Source of the DNA: Nitrospiraceae bacterium
GTDB taxonomy: Bacteria > Nitrospirota > Thermodesulfovibrionia > UBA6902
Assembly: GCA_003599425.1 (NCBI GenBank)
Contig: QZKC01000094.1
Coordinates: forward strand, 1 to 63,245
Length of the DNA stretch: 63,245 bases
Direction of reading: 5' to 3'
A program made the translations under genes and the position numbers. Positions 1 to 9,479 of this stretch are shown here, in pieces. Under the pieces are notes generated by a model that was not told the origin of the DNA, did no database searches, and was given only the letters and a program-made list of their open reading frames with translations. Numbering within the stretch: position 1 is the first letter of the stretch; the number at the start of each line of letters is the position of its first letter.

Positions 1-220
1 AATCTCACAAAGGCAAGCCTGTCTCAGGATTTCTATAATCGACAGAATTGCTTGTATTTCGTCTTATCATTTTACAGATGTAATCTTTCGATAAGATTCA
101 AAGTCTTTTTTTCAAAGGTGTCGTATAGAAATCTTCCTCAGCCTCACCTTTGTGCCTTTACTCCTTTGTCCCTATGTGCCTTCTAATTGGAACAGAGTCG
201 CTATAAATGATCTGGATAAA

Positions 221-1090
221 TTACGATATTTTGCTGTGTGTTATATACTGAATTACCTTCCTTTTATAACCCTCATGAAGCGCTTTCGTGATCTTCCCGG
301 GACTTGTGCGTACCTTCCTGTCATCAACCTCCGCCACGGGCATGACCTCAATCGTCGTATTTGAAATGAAAACCTCATGCGCCCTGCAGAGTGCTTCTTG
401 CCTGAACCGGCCTTCATGGACCTTAATCCCCAGTTCCCCTGCAGTATCAATGATTATTTTCCTTGTAATTCCATCCAAAATGCCGACGCTTATCGAGGGA
501 GTAAAGAGGATGTTGTCTTTCAGGAAAAATATATTTGTTATGGTCCCTTCTGCGAGGTACCCCTTGTAGTTCAGCATGACCGCTTCATACGCGCCTCTTT
601 TTTTAGCTTCGATCTTTGCAAGGATGTTGTTCAGGAAATTAAGAGATTTTATCTGAGGATCAAGAGCACCCCGGTAATTCCTCCTTATGCTGACCACCGC
701 GATCTTTACCCCCTTTTGATAATACAGTGAAGGATACTTTTTAAATTCAGATGACATTATCACAAGCGTCGGCTTCGGACAAAGCGCAGGATCCAGACCC
801 AGAGGCCCTTTACCCCTTGATATGCTGATACGTATTACCGCTTCTTTCTGGCTGTTTGCAGTCATTGTTTCGTAAACCGCTTTTCTGATTGCTTCAGGAG
901 TCATGGGTATTGTCAGATCGATCATTGCTGCAGAACGAAAGAGTCGCCTTATATGTTCGTCAAGCATGTAGACAACTCCCTTGTACGCCCTCAATGTTTC
1001 ATAAACCCCGTCACCATAAAGAAACCCGTGATCAAAAACAGAGATGAGCGCCTTTTTTTCTGATACAATTCTGTTATTGAGATATAGCAT
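221..1090 (-). CDS. ilvE: Aminotransferase class IV (branched-chain amino acid aminotransferase / aminodeoxychorismate lyase family)
   Basis: DHGFLYGDGVYETLR, IKSLNFLNNILAK (PLP lysine), EGTITNIF, ILDGITR motifs; a PabC role is not excluded. Confidence 0.85.
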   Translation of the reverse strand: MLYLNNRIVSEKKALISVFDHGFLYGDGVYETLRAYKGVVYMLDEHIRRLFRSAAMIDLTIPMTPEAIRKAVYETMTANSQKEAVIRISISRGKGPLGLDPALCPKPTLVIMSSEFKKYPSLYYQKGVKIAVVSIRRNYRGALDPQIKSLNFLNNILAKIEAKKRGAYEAVMLNYKGYLAEGTITNIFFLKDNILFTPSISVGILDGITRKIIIDTAGELGIKVHEGRFRQEALCRAHEVFISNTTIEVMPVAEVDDRKVRTSPGKITKALHEGYKRKVIQYITHSKIS

Positions 1091-1249
1091 GGGTTCAGTT
1101 TATCATGGCAACTATAGATTTTCCAGAGAATCGGTCCGGCATAAATTGACCCGTTGCCGCGCAATAAATACAATATCAGTGTTACACGGGACACTGCACT
1201 ACAAATAAAACAGATTTTATTTTGCCTTGCGCATTGAATTGGAAAGAGT

Positions 1250-2671
1250 ATGACAAAAAAAAGAATCGGATCACTCCTGCTGCTTCTGCTTGATATCGCA
1301 ACGATATTCATAATACTGCAGTGCGCCCTCTATATACGAAAAAATGTCCTCCCGTATTTTCACACTTTTCCGGAATTCCCTCAGATAGACTTCACCTTCT
1401 TTTGGTGGGTGTTTCCCATATGGACCTTCTTTTTCTTTTATGAAGGTCTGTATTCCAAGAGGCTTTCCTTCTGGGATGAAGTAAAAATTTTATGGAAGAC
1501 TTCCGTGCTCTCAACTCTTGGGGTATTTGCTATCCTTTACCTCGGCAAGTTCGGTGAACAGGTGTCAAGAACCGTGCTGGTAGTAATGGGGATCATATCT
1601 TTCCCGCTATTACCGCTCATCAGGATCCAGATCAAAAAGCTTCTCATGGCAGCAGGGTTGCTGTCAAGCAAGGCGCTTGTTATTGGGGCCGGCAAAACAG
1701 GAGAGATGATCTTCAATGCCCTGAGAAAAGACCCAAATCTGGGACTGAACGTTGTCGGTTTCCTTGACGATGATCCTCAGAAAATAGGGAAAAAGATTGG
1801 TGGCGTCAGAATACACGCAGGAGTTGACAAGGCCCATAAATATATCGGCAGGTGCGGTATAGGGGATGTAATTATAGCAATGCCCGGGTGCGAGAAAGGG
1901 AGGCTGTTCTCGCTCATCAACGATCTCCAGCACAGGACAAGGAATATCCTGCTCATACCTGATCTTTTTGGAATAACCGTCCTCGGCACGAACCTACAGC
2001 ATTTCTTTCAGGAACAGGCAATCGGCCTTGAAGTTAAGAATAATCTTGCCAAACCGCTCAACATCTTTGTTAAAAAAGTTTTTGATCTTACTGTCAGTTT
2101 ACTCCTGCTTATTATCCTTGCCGTACCAATGCTAATTATTTCAATCCTTATAAAAATAGGCTCAAAAGGGCCTGCGATCTTTTCACAGGAACGGATAGGC
2201 AGGAAAGACAGGCCGTTTCGATGCTATAAGTTCCGCACCATGTTCACGGATGCAGATAACCGGCTTGATATGCTCCTTAAAAACTGTTCAGAGGCGCAAA
2301 AGGAATGGAAGGATCACTGGAAGCTTAAGAACGATCCAAGGGTGACAAAGATCGGAGAGTTTTTGAGAAAAACATCCCTCGACGAGCTTCCACAGATATT
2401 TAACGTGCTTAAAGGAGACATGAGCCTCGTCGGCCCGAGGCCGGTCACACGAATGGAGATCGATGAATATTACAGGGAGCAGGCAAACCTCTGTTTCGGA
2501 GTGCCGCCCGGGATTACAGGACTGTGGCAGGTCAGCGGCAGGAGCAATACAAGTTATGATTACAGGATCGCTCTTGATGCCTGGTATGTGCGGAACTGGA
2601 ATTTATGGCTGGATATTGTTATCCTTCTTAAGACCGTCAGTGTAGTGCTGAAAAGGGAAGGAGCTGTTTAA
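1250..2671 (+). CDS. wbaP: Undecaprenyl-phosphate hexose-1-phosphate transferase, WbaP family
   Basis: N-terminal TM helices, CoA-binding-like middle domain (VGFLDDD), C-terminal Bac_transf domain (KFRTM, DPRVTKIGEFLRKTSLDELPQ, PGITGLWQVSGR). Confidence 0.9.
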   Translation: MTKKRIGSLLLLLLDIATIFIILQCALYIRKNVLPYFHTFPEFPQIDFTFFWWVFPIWTFFFFYEGLYSKRLSFWDEVKILWKTSVLSTLGVFAILYLGKFGEQVSRTVLVVMGIISFPLLPLIRIQIKKLLMAAGLLSSKALVIGAGKTGEMIFNALRKDPNLGLNVVGFLDDDPQKIGKKIGGVRIHAGVDKAHKYIGRCGIGDVIIAMPGCEKGRLFSLINDLQHRTRNILLIPDLFGITVLGTNLQHFFQEQAIGLEVKNNLAKPLNIFVKKVFDLTVSLLLLIILAVPMLIISILIKIGSKGPAIFSQERIGRKDRPFRCYKFRTMFTDADNRLDMLLKNCSEAQKEWKDHWKLKNDPRVTKIGEFLRKTSLDELPQIFNVLKGDMSLVGPRPVTRMEIDEYYREQANLCFGVPPGITGLWQVSGRSNTSYDYRIALDAWYVRNWNLWLDIVILLKTVSVVLKREGAV

Positions 2672-2712
2672 TAATTCTTGATAGTTAGTTAAAAAATAAA
2701 GGAGAGATTCAT

Positions 2713-2871
2713 ATGGAAAAATGGAAATGCAATATCTGCGGATATATCTACGATCCTGAGGCAGGGGACCCTGACGGTAACATACCCCCGGGAACCCCTT
2801 TTGAAAAGCTGCCCGACGACTGGTTATGCCCTGTCTGCGGAGCTGCAAAGGATCAGTTTGAAAAAGCCTGA
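2713..2871 (+). CDS. Rubredoxin (52 aa, absent from ORF track)
   Basis: Hand translation [52 protein letters not shown]; two CxxCG motifs; GGAG RBS upstream. Confidence 0.97.
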   Translation: MEKWKCNICGYIYDPEAGDPDGNIPPGTPFEKLPDDWLCPVCGAAKDQFEKA

Positions 2872-2883
2872 TCAGCACATGCT

Positions 2884-2903
2884 GGGCATTGCATGCAATG
2901 CCC
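2884..2903. terminator. Perfect 20-bp palindrome between convergent genes, possible bidirectional terminator
   Basis: GGGCATTGCATGCAATGCCC directly abuts the TAG at 2904; no U-tract on either side. Confidence 0.5.
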
Positions 2904-3083
2904 CTACTCTATATTGAATACAGCTACTTCCTTCATGCCTGGAATGTATTCGCCTACAGGCACCAGTTTTTTGCCCTCACTTACACAGCCGATTATTATC
3001 GTCCACAGTTGATTCAGTTCCTTTTTTTCCCTGTCATTTTCAGGGAACATCTTCAGGAGCGAGCCTTCAAGTTCAATCTTCAT
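2904..3083 (-). CDS. Small hypothetical protein (59 aa, MKIELEGSLLK...)
   Basis: GGAGG RBS before ATG 3083 (ORF-track start is 27 nt upstream); 16 nt downstream of the ferritin-like gene. Confidence 0.75.
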   Translation of the reverse strand: MKIELEGSLLKMFPENDREKKELNQLWTIIIGCVSEGKKLVPVGEYIPGMKEVAVFNIE

Positions 3084-3099
3084 AAATACCCTCCATATG

Positions 3100-3549
3100 T
3101 TATGTAACAAAAACCGTTGCCCTTTTCAAATCATTCAGTTTACTGAGCAGGTTATGATGTTTTGTCTCATCGGCAATTAGGTAAGAAAGGACATAGCGTG
3201 TTATGAACATCTCGCTGTTTCTTAAAGCTTCATCGGCAAGTTCAAGGGATTTCGCCTCGGCTGCCATATGTTTATTAAGCCCGTCTGACAGCATCGCAAG
3301 CTCTTCAGGGTTTAAATGAAATGCCTCTTTTGTGATGCTGTCAATCAGCATCTGCTGCATAGCCTTATGCTTTTGCGAGTCATTCTTGATCATTTCCATG
3401 GTCATGCGTATCAGCGGGTTTTTGGTCTTCTTCATCATGGCTGATGAGAACTCTATAGTTACGTCTTCAAGTTTCTGCCAGTCCCTGATGATCTTCAGAA
3501 ATTGCTCTGACTGCTCTACCGGTTTATTTTTGTTTGTTTTTTTCGCCAT
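3100..3549 (-). CDS. Ferritin-like superfamily protein
   Basis: Four-helix pattern: LED...DSQKH...AE...DETKHH; GGAGG RBS. Confidence 0.75.
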   Translation of the reverse strand: MAKKTNKNKPVEQSEQFLKIIRDWQKLEDVTIEFSSAMMKKTKNPLIRMTMEMIKNDSQKHKAMQQMLIDSITKEAFHLNPEELAMLSDGLNKHMAAEAKSLELADEALRNSEMFITRYVLSYLIADETKHHNLLSKLNDLKRATVFVT

Positions 3550-3651
3550 AACATACCTCCAGTTTGAGTTTTAATTATTAGTTTCCAGCTATATGGGTGT
3601 AGAAATCCCCTGAAAACAACCTCTGCGCTATCCCCGACTCCTTTTTAGTTG

Positions 3652-4089
3652 CTACGGGTTGAAGCTCTCAGGGTTGACCACGAACCAGACATTGTTAGTT
3701 TTATGCCCAGATGTATCACCAGGTTTCTTGTCCTTAACATAATAATAAAGCGGATAGCCTTTAAATATAACCTGTTCCTTTCCATCTTCCCTTGTAATCA
3801 TCCCCATGTCAGATGGGGTTATATCCGATGGGGCAATGAGCTCTTTCGCATAAAAGACCGGCCATGTCTTCAGACATTTTGCGGTACATGCGCTTTTCCC
3901 GGCAGAATCTTTCTTGAAGTAATACAGGGTCATCCCTTTTGAATCTGCAAGATATTTCCCGACCCCAGTTTTTGTTTTTACCTGCACTGAAGGCGACAGT
4001 TCATCTGCAGCCTTTACTTCTACTGACAAGAAAATGGGCGCAACCATGATGAAAAAAATAACCACTACCATTGTTTTTCTGTTAAACAT
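3652..4089 (-). CDS. Secreted protein with two Y-x-[FY]-x-x-D repeats (COG4315-like)
   Basis: GMTLYYFKKD...C...C..TWP and GYPLYYYVKD repeats; signal peptide; start likely ATG 4089 (track gives 4113). Confidence 0.8.
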   Translation of the reverse strand: MFNRKTMVVVIFFIMVAPIFLSVEVKAADELSPSVQVKTKTGVGKYLADSKGMTLYYFKKDSAGKSACTAKCLKTWPVFYAKELIAPSDITPSDMGMITREDGKEQVIFKGYPLYYYVKDKKPGDTSGHKTNNVWFVVNPESFNP

Positions 4090-4225
4090 TTTATCCCTCC
4101 TTAACTGTGTCATTCGGCATGAATGTGTTTTCGCCAGTTGTCAAGATAACTTTCATTTAATATCTCGTTATCTGGTGGTATTCAAAAGTATATCACAAAA
4201 AAACCTGATTACAAGTTCTTGTATA

Positions 4226-4254
4226 TTGTAAAATATATGCCTTTATGGTATAAA
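4226..4254 (+). promoter_or_regulatory. Putative sigma70 promoter of the PPIase gene
   Basis: TTGTAA-17 bp-TATAAA with extended -10 TGn. Confidence 0.5.
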
Positions 4255-4299
4255 AATTTGTCCCAATCTAATATATTCAAACTTAATTAGGAGATAGAA

Positions 4300-5178
4300 A
4301 TGAAGAAACTACTATTATTTTCTTTTTCACTGGCGCTGGCATTAGCCTTCGTCTCAGGGTGTGAACAGAAGGCAAAATCAAACAGCCCCATGCTTGCAAA
4401 GGTCGGCAAGACAGAGATCACCAGGGATGAGTTTTTAAAAGAAATAACCCGTATACCTGAGTGGGCCCGTGGCCAATTTTCGGGTGAAGAGGGCAAGGAA
4501 CGTTTCCTTGAGGAACTCGTCAGAAGAGAGCTTATTTACCAGGATGCGAAGAAGATGAAGCTGGACAAGGACCCTGAATATATCGAAAAAATGAAAGAGT
4601 TCGAGAGAATGACGCTTGTATCTCTTATCCTTAAAAAAGAAGTTGAAGAAAAGGCAAAAGTGGATGAGGCGGAAGTAAAAGACTTCTATGATAAGAACGC
4701 TGACAAATTCACAATCGGCACAAAGGTCCGCGCAAGCCATATACTTATCGACACCGAAGATCAGGCGAAAAAAATATCAGATCGCATCAAAAAAGGCGAA
4801 AACTTTTCCAAGCTCGCGGAATCTCTGTCAAATGATAAAGGCTCCGCCTCAAAAGGAGGAGACCTGGGGTTTTTCGGCAGAGGGCAGATGGTGCCTGAGT
4901 TTGAACAGGCAGTGCTAAGCCTGAAACCCGGTGAAGTAAGCGAGCCGGTAAAAACCCGCTTCGGCTACCACATCATAAAATTAACCGATATTCAGAAAGG
5001 CGAGGTAGCCACTTTTGAACAGTCCAGGGAAGCGATCAAACGGCAACTCCTTGCAGAAAAACAAAAGCAGCTTGTTGATTCATATATTGAAGGATTGAAT
5101 AAAAAGGCTGAGATCAACAAGAGCGAAACCGAGTTAAAATCTATTACCCTTCCTTGGGAAGCTGGAGAAGCGAAGTAG
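4300..5178 (+). CDS. PrsA/PpiC parvulin-type peptidyl-prolyl isomerase lipoprotein
   Basis: Lipobox VSGC; RASHILI, SASKGGDLGFF, MVPEFEQA, SEPVKTRFGYHIIK. Confidence 0.92.
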   Translation: MKKLLLFSFSLALALAFVSGCEQKAKSNSPMLAKVGKTEITRDEFLKEITRIPEWARGQFSGEEGKERFLEELVRRELIYQDAKKMKLDKDPEYIEKMKEFERMTLVSLILKKEVEEKAKVDEAEVKDFYDKNADKFTIGTKVRASHILIDTEDQAKKISDRIKKGENFSKLAESLSNDKGSASKGGDLGFFGRGQMVPEFEQAVLSLKPGEVSEPVKTRFGYHIIKLTDIQKGEVATFEQSREAIKRQLLAEKQKQLVDSYIEGLNKKAEINKSETELKSITLPWEAGEAK

Positions 5179-5181
5179 CGC

Positions 5182-6234
5182 CTATTCCATACCGGGATCT
5201 GGCGGGATGATCTTTTTCGTTCTGTTCAATTTAATAATGCCAAGGTTTTCTACATATATTCCCAAAAGCGCAACAAATATTCCGTATACCAGTGACATTA
5301 CCCATCCATCAAGCCTGTAGAGCGCAAAGGCAAGAATGGACATAAGGGCCGATACCACCCAGATCGTCTTCACTACGTGGTTCGGATAAATGCCCGACCT
5401 TATCATGAGATGGTGCAGGTGCGTCTTGTCTGCCTCAAAAGGATGTCTCCTGTTGAGGATTCTGATAACAAGTACCCTTAAGGTATCAAAAATCGGAAAT
5501 CCGAGAATAATGACTGGCACCATCGGCCTGATCTCTGTGCCCCTTCCCTGGGTAAGCAGGATTGCCTGGACAGCAAGGGAAAAACCAAGGAACATGCTCC
5601 CTGAATCCCCCATGAAGATCTTCGCCTTCGGATAATTGTACCTGAAAAGTCCGAGCGTTGCTCCAAGACAGGCAAGGCTGAGGTAAAAGACGTTCTCATT
5701 GCCGCTGATTGAAGCAAAGACAGCGTACGAAAGAAATGCTATTGAGGAAACACCGCACGCAAGGCCGTTCAAACCGTCTATCAGGTTGATCGCATTAATG
5801 ACGCCAAATACAGCAAAATAAGTGAAAGGAATTCCGAGGTATCCAAGCTGTATCTCGCCAAAACCGAACACATCCCCCAAGCTCCTTATCCACATCCCTG
5901 TACCGGCCATGATGATAGAAGTGGCGACAATGGAAAACAGCAGCTTTATTTTCCAGTTGGTTCCCCTGATATCATCGATTATCCCCAGCAGAAGCATCAG
6001 CGCAGATGAGGCCAGATACGATCCTACAACTTTATTCACCGGGAAAATAAGAGGGGTGACAAGCAATACACCTGCTGCGATGGCAACTCCGCCAAGTTTC
6101 GGGGTCGGGTGTGTGTGAATGTGCCTTCTGCCAGGCAAAGCTATAGCGCCGCTATTATGCGCTACGAACATTATCAGCGGCACTGTCAAGAAAGATGTGG
6201 CGAATGCTATAAAAAAAATGTAGTAAAAGTCCAT
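5182..6234 (-). CDS. WecA/MraY family (GT4 PNPT) undecaprenyl-phosphate HexNAc-1-phosphate transferase
   Basis: HTHPTPKLGG, LGIIDD, INAINLIDGLNG, KIFMGDSGSMFLG, DKTHLHH. Confidence 0.9.
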   Translation of the reverse strand: MDFYYIFFIAFATSFLTVPLIMFVAHNSGAIALPGRRHIHTHPTPKLGGVAIAAGVLLVTPLIFPVNKVVGSYLASSALMLLLGIIDDIRGTNWKIKLLFSIVATSIIMAGTGMWIRSLGDVFGFGEIQLGYLGIPFTYFAVFGVINAINLIDGLNGLACGVSSIAFLSYAVFASISGNENVFYLSLACLGATLGLFRYNYPKAKIFMGDSGSMFLGFSLAVQAILLTQGRGTEIRPMVPVIILGFPIFDTLRVLVIRILNRRHPFEADKTHLHHLMIRSGIYPNHVVKTIWVVSALMSILAFALYRLDGWVMSLVYGIFVALLGIYVENLGIIKLNRTKKIIPPDPGME

Positions 6235-6404
6235 AAAGAAACTGAGTCAAAAAATTTCAATAACAAATCCCGTTATAAATATCGGAAATGATTATAGCAT
6301 AATATCTTTACATTACAAACATTTTATTTGCTAATAAATTCATAACACAACACCTTGGTTTCAAAGCGTCACAGCTCAGAAGTTCGAAAGTGCGGAAGGC
6401 ATAA

Positions 6405-6838
6405 TTACTTCGAAGAACCTGTCAAATAATCCTCTATTGCTTTTACATAAAGAGGATACAGGCCTTGCGCCATACGAGCAAATGTAAGAACCATTTCATG
6501 TTCAAGCGAATCATATTCGTGCACAAGCCTGTTTCTGAGACCTGCTGAAGGGGCGAGTTTCTCTGCAAACTCCATTGAAATTATATTCAATCTTCCCGCA
6601 TCAATAAAACTTTCGAAATAATCATCAGGGGCCATATTGCCGGTTTGAACGATAATATGGGTGTTGATATCAATTGCGGCTTCTATTAATTCCTGCAAGA
6701 GCCTTTCAGATGCTTTTCTTTTATATATATCTTTGAGGTACTCTTCTTTTGTAAAGCAGGAATTGGTTCGAGGGCATTTAAATTTTCAATGATGATGGCA
6801 AGTTTTTTTCTGATTATATCCTTATCTAACGGACTCAC
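6405..6838 (-). pseudogene. hepT: HepT/DUF86 HEPN RNase toxin, frameshifted
   Basis: GTG 6838 gives MSPLDKDIIRKKLAIIIENLNALEPI; the protein continues in another frame (TKEEYLKDIYKRKASERLLQELIEAAID...GLRNRLVHEY). One base is missing near 6752-6762; the RxxxxH motif is intact. Confidence 0.85.
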
Positions 6839-7258
6839 GACAGCCCCCTTGCATCCAGAAAATATTTAATTGCCTTCTCCTGTGCGTCACGAAGTTTTTT
6901 AGTATCAATATACATCCTGAATGCAAGCGAAGAGAATTCACTGAATATTCCCTGTTTTTTCTCATAGATTATGATGCCGTTCTTTGCAACGGAGAACTTA
7001 ATAAGCGGACTTGCACGTTTCAGATCAATAACATCAATGTTGTCTGTATGTAAGAGACCGATAATCCTGTTTGTAATTGCCAAACATATCAATGGGGTTA
7101 TCAAAAATAAGCGCCAGGTCGATATCGCTCCGTTTATGCACTTTGCCTGATGCGGCAGAGCCGAAAAGAATAACAAGCTGTAATCCTTCCTCTTTGAAAA
7201 GAGGAGACAGTTTTTCTTTGATTTTATCGACAGATAAAGTGTTCTCGTGCCCTGACAT
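6835..7258 (-). pseudogene. mntA: MntA-type minimal nucleotidyltransferase antitoxin, frameshifted
   Basis: N-half LVILFGSAASG...SDIDLA in one frame, C-half LAITNRIIGLLHTDNIDVIDL in another; one extra base near 7082-7084; GTGA overlap with hepT. Confidence 0.85.
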
Positions 7259-7637
7259 GAATGTATTTTTGCACAACACTTGAGAAAAGGCAATAATTTT
7301 ATAAAAATCCCACACCTGCTTCTTACACTGTACAGCGCAGAAGATCCATGGCAGCAACTTAGAGACCTGTTACACTTCTGCTCTTTTGCACTTCCCCCTA
7401 TTCTTCCTTGACCTCTCTCTCTGTCAATTACTACAATAGGTAGTTCAGAATTACCATTGAAGAAAACCGTAATCTTGGAGTTATGCGATTGTCCCAAAAT
7501 GGGATTCCAAAATCTTGGATATTGATTTGTAACTTTAAACTCCTGGCTCTTTACTCATGTTGTAGCTGACAACTGACATATGTCGGCTAACTGCTTACAG
7601 CTCTTCTTGTAACTGAGGCAGCGGAGCATTGCAAAAA

Positions 7638-9464
7638 ATGTGCGGAATCGCAGGGATAATCTGCTGGGATAGACAAAAGATAGAAGAAGATGTTCTCTTG
7701 AGAATGAGAGATGTTATGACTCACAGAGGTCCTGATGATTCGGGTTTTTATATAAATGAAAGAAAGTCTGTTGCACTCGGGCACAGAAGACTTTCCATCA
7801 TTGATCTTTCTTCCCTTGGACATCAGCCTATGCTTGCTGAGGATGGCAATGTCTGCCTGGTATACAATGGAGAAATCTATAATTTCCTGGATATAAGAAA
7901 AGAATTGCGGGACAAGGGATATACCTTCAACTCCACAAGTGACACCGAGGTTATTCTGAAAGCCTATCAGGAATGGGGCGAACAGGCTTTTGAAAGATTC
8001 AATGGGATGTATGCCTTCTGCCTGCATGACAAGAAAGAAGATTTGCTCTATCTCGCAAGAGACCATGCCGGCATAAAGCCTCTCTATTATTCCTTAACAA
8101 AAGGGAACCTGATCTTCGCATCTGAGACAAAAGCATTTACCGCCTTCCATCCTCACTGGGAGAAAAACAGTGATTGGAAAATATACCTTTTAACTTTTGG
8201 GCACATGCCGGAACCTTTCACTACCCTGAATAACGTCTTTATGCTGCCCCAAGGAAGCCTTCTGCGCTTAGATATAGAAACCGGCAAACACGAAATCATG
8301 AAATTCAATCAAATTAATTTTTCCCAGAAGATAATAAATGAAAAAGATGCCCTTGAACAGGTAAGAGACACGTTCACAGAGTCTGTTAAAAGGCACCTTA
8401 TTTCAGATGCCCCGATAGGTGTATTTTTGAGCGGGGGAATAGATTCAAGCCTTATTGCGCTTGTTGCTAACACCTATCAAAAAGAAAACCTTCGAACACT
8501 GTCGATCATTTTTGATGAAAAAGAATATTCCGAGGAAACCTACCAGGATATTGTTCTGAAAAAAATGAACTCACATCATCATAAATATCTGGTTACGGAA
8601 AACGATTTTACAAACAATCTTGAAAATATATTTCAGGCAATGGACCAGCCGACAATTGACGGGGTCAACACATACTTCATAGCAAAGTGCGCCAAGGAAG
8701 ACGGGTTAAAGGCTGTTCTTTCGGGGTTGGGGGGAGATGAACTGTTTGGCGGGTATTCTTCTTTTACACGAATAGATCATTTATGGAAAGTTAAATGGTT
8801 AAGTAAAAATATCAGGAACCTTTTCAAATTAAGTGAATTTTCAGGGATTGATAAGTTTAAACGATTCTCATTTCTTTCAATGCAGGAACCCCTTTCTTTT
8901 TATCTTCTTTTGAGAGGCATATATACCCCAAAAACCGTTTCAGTGATTTTAGGATGTTCTGTTAACGATGTGCAGAAAGCAATCAAAAAACTGAATCCGG
9001 ATATCCATCAGCATCTTGGAAAACAAAACTTTGTAAGCTGTCTGGAAACAAACCTCTATATGAAAAACCAGCTTCTCAGAGATACGGATGTCATGAGCAT
9101 GAGGCATTCTGTTGAGGTGAGGGTGCCATTTCTCGACAGGAAATTAATAGAGACTGTTTTTTCCATCAGGGAAGATATTAAGTTCAGGAAAGATATCCCC
9201 AAGTTTCTGTTGGTAAAAGCATTTGAGCATATATTGCCAGAGGAGATCACAACAAGAAAAAAACAGGGCTTTACATTCCCTTTTGACGTCTGGATAAAGA
9301 AGCAGGGGAAGGGGCTTTTTGAAAACGCTGTATCAAAAGGCGGGATAAATAAAAAATATGCGGACAGAGTATGGAATGAGTTTCAGCAGGGGAATATCCA
9401 TTGGTCCAAGGTGTGGGCAATGGTTGTGGCAGCGGCCACATGTCCGTCTACAATGAATAATTAA
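7638..9464 (+). CDS. asnB: Asparagine synthase (glutamine-hydrolysing)-type amidotransferase, glycan-associated
   Basis: MCGIAG start at ATG 7638, HRGPD, LGHRRLSIIDL, VYNGEIYN, FLSGGIDSS, SGLGGDELF, EVRVPFLD. Confidence 0.93.
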   Translation: MCGIAGIICWDRQKIEEDVLLRMRDVMTHRGPDDSGFYINERKSVALGHRRLSIIDLSSLGHQPMLAEDGNVCLVYNGEIYNFLDIRKELRDKGYTFNSTSDTEVILKAYQEWGEQAFERFNGMYAFCLHDKKEDLLYLARDHAGIKPLYYSLTKGNLIFASETKAFTAFHPHWEKNSDWKIYLLTFGHMPEPFTTLNNVFMLPQGSLLRLDIETGKHEIMKFNQINFSQKIINEKDALEQVRDTFTESVKRHLISDAPIGVFLSGGIDSSLIALVANTYQKENLRTLSIIFDEKEYSEETYQDIVLKKMNSHHHKYLVTENDFTNNLENIFQAMDQPTIDGVNTYFIAKCAKEDGLKAVLSGLGGDELFGGYSSFTRIDHLWKVKWLSKNIRNLFKLSEFSGIDKFKRFSFLSMQEPLSFYLLLRGIYTPKTVSVILGCSVNDVQKAIKKLNPDIHQHLGKQNFVSCLETNLYMKNQLLRDTDVMSMRHSVEVRVPFLDRKLIETVFSIREDIKFRKDIPKFLLVKAFEHILPEEITTRKKQGFTFPFDVWIKKQGKGLFENAVSKGGINKKYADRVWNEFQQGNIHWSKVWAMVVAAATCPSTMNN

Positions 9465-9479
9465 AAAAGCGATATATAC

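Noticed and set aside
7259-7497. N-terminal 140 aa of track ORF 6835..7497
   Set aside because: Off-frame read-through; the real nucleotidyltransferase N-terminus is in another frame starting at 7258
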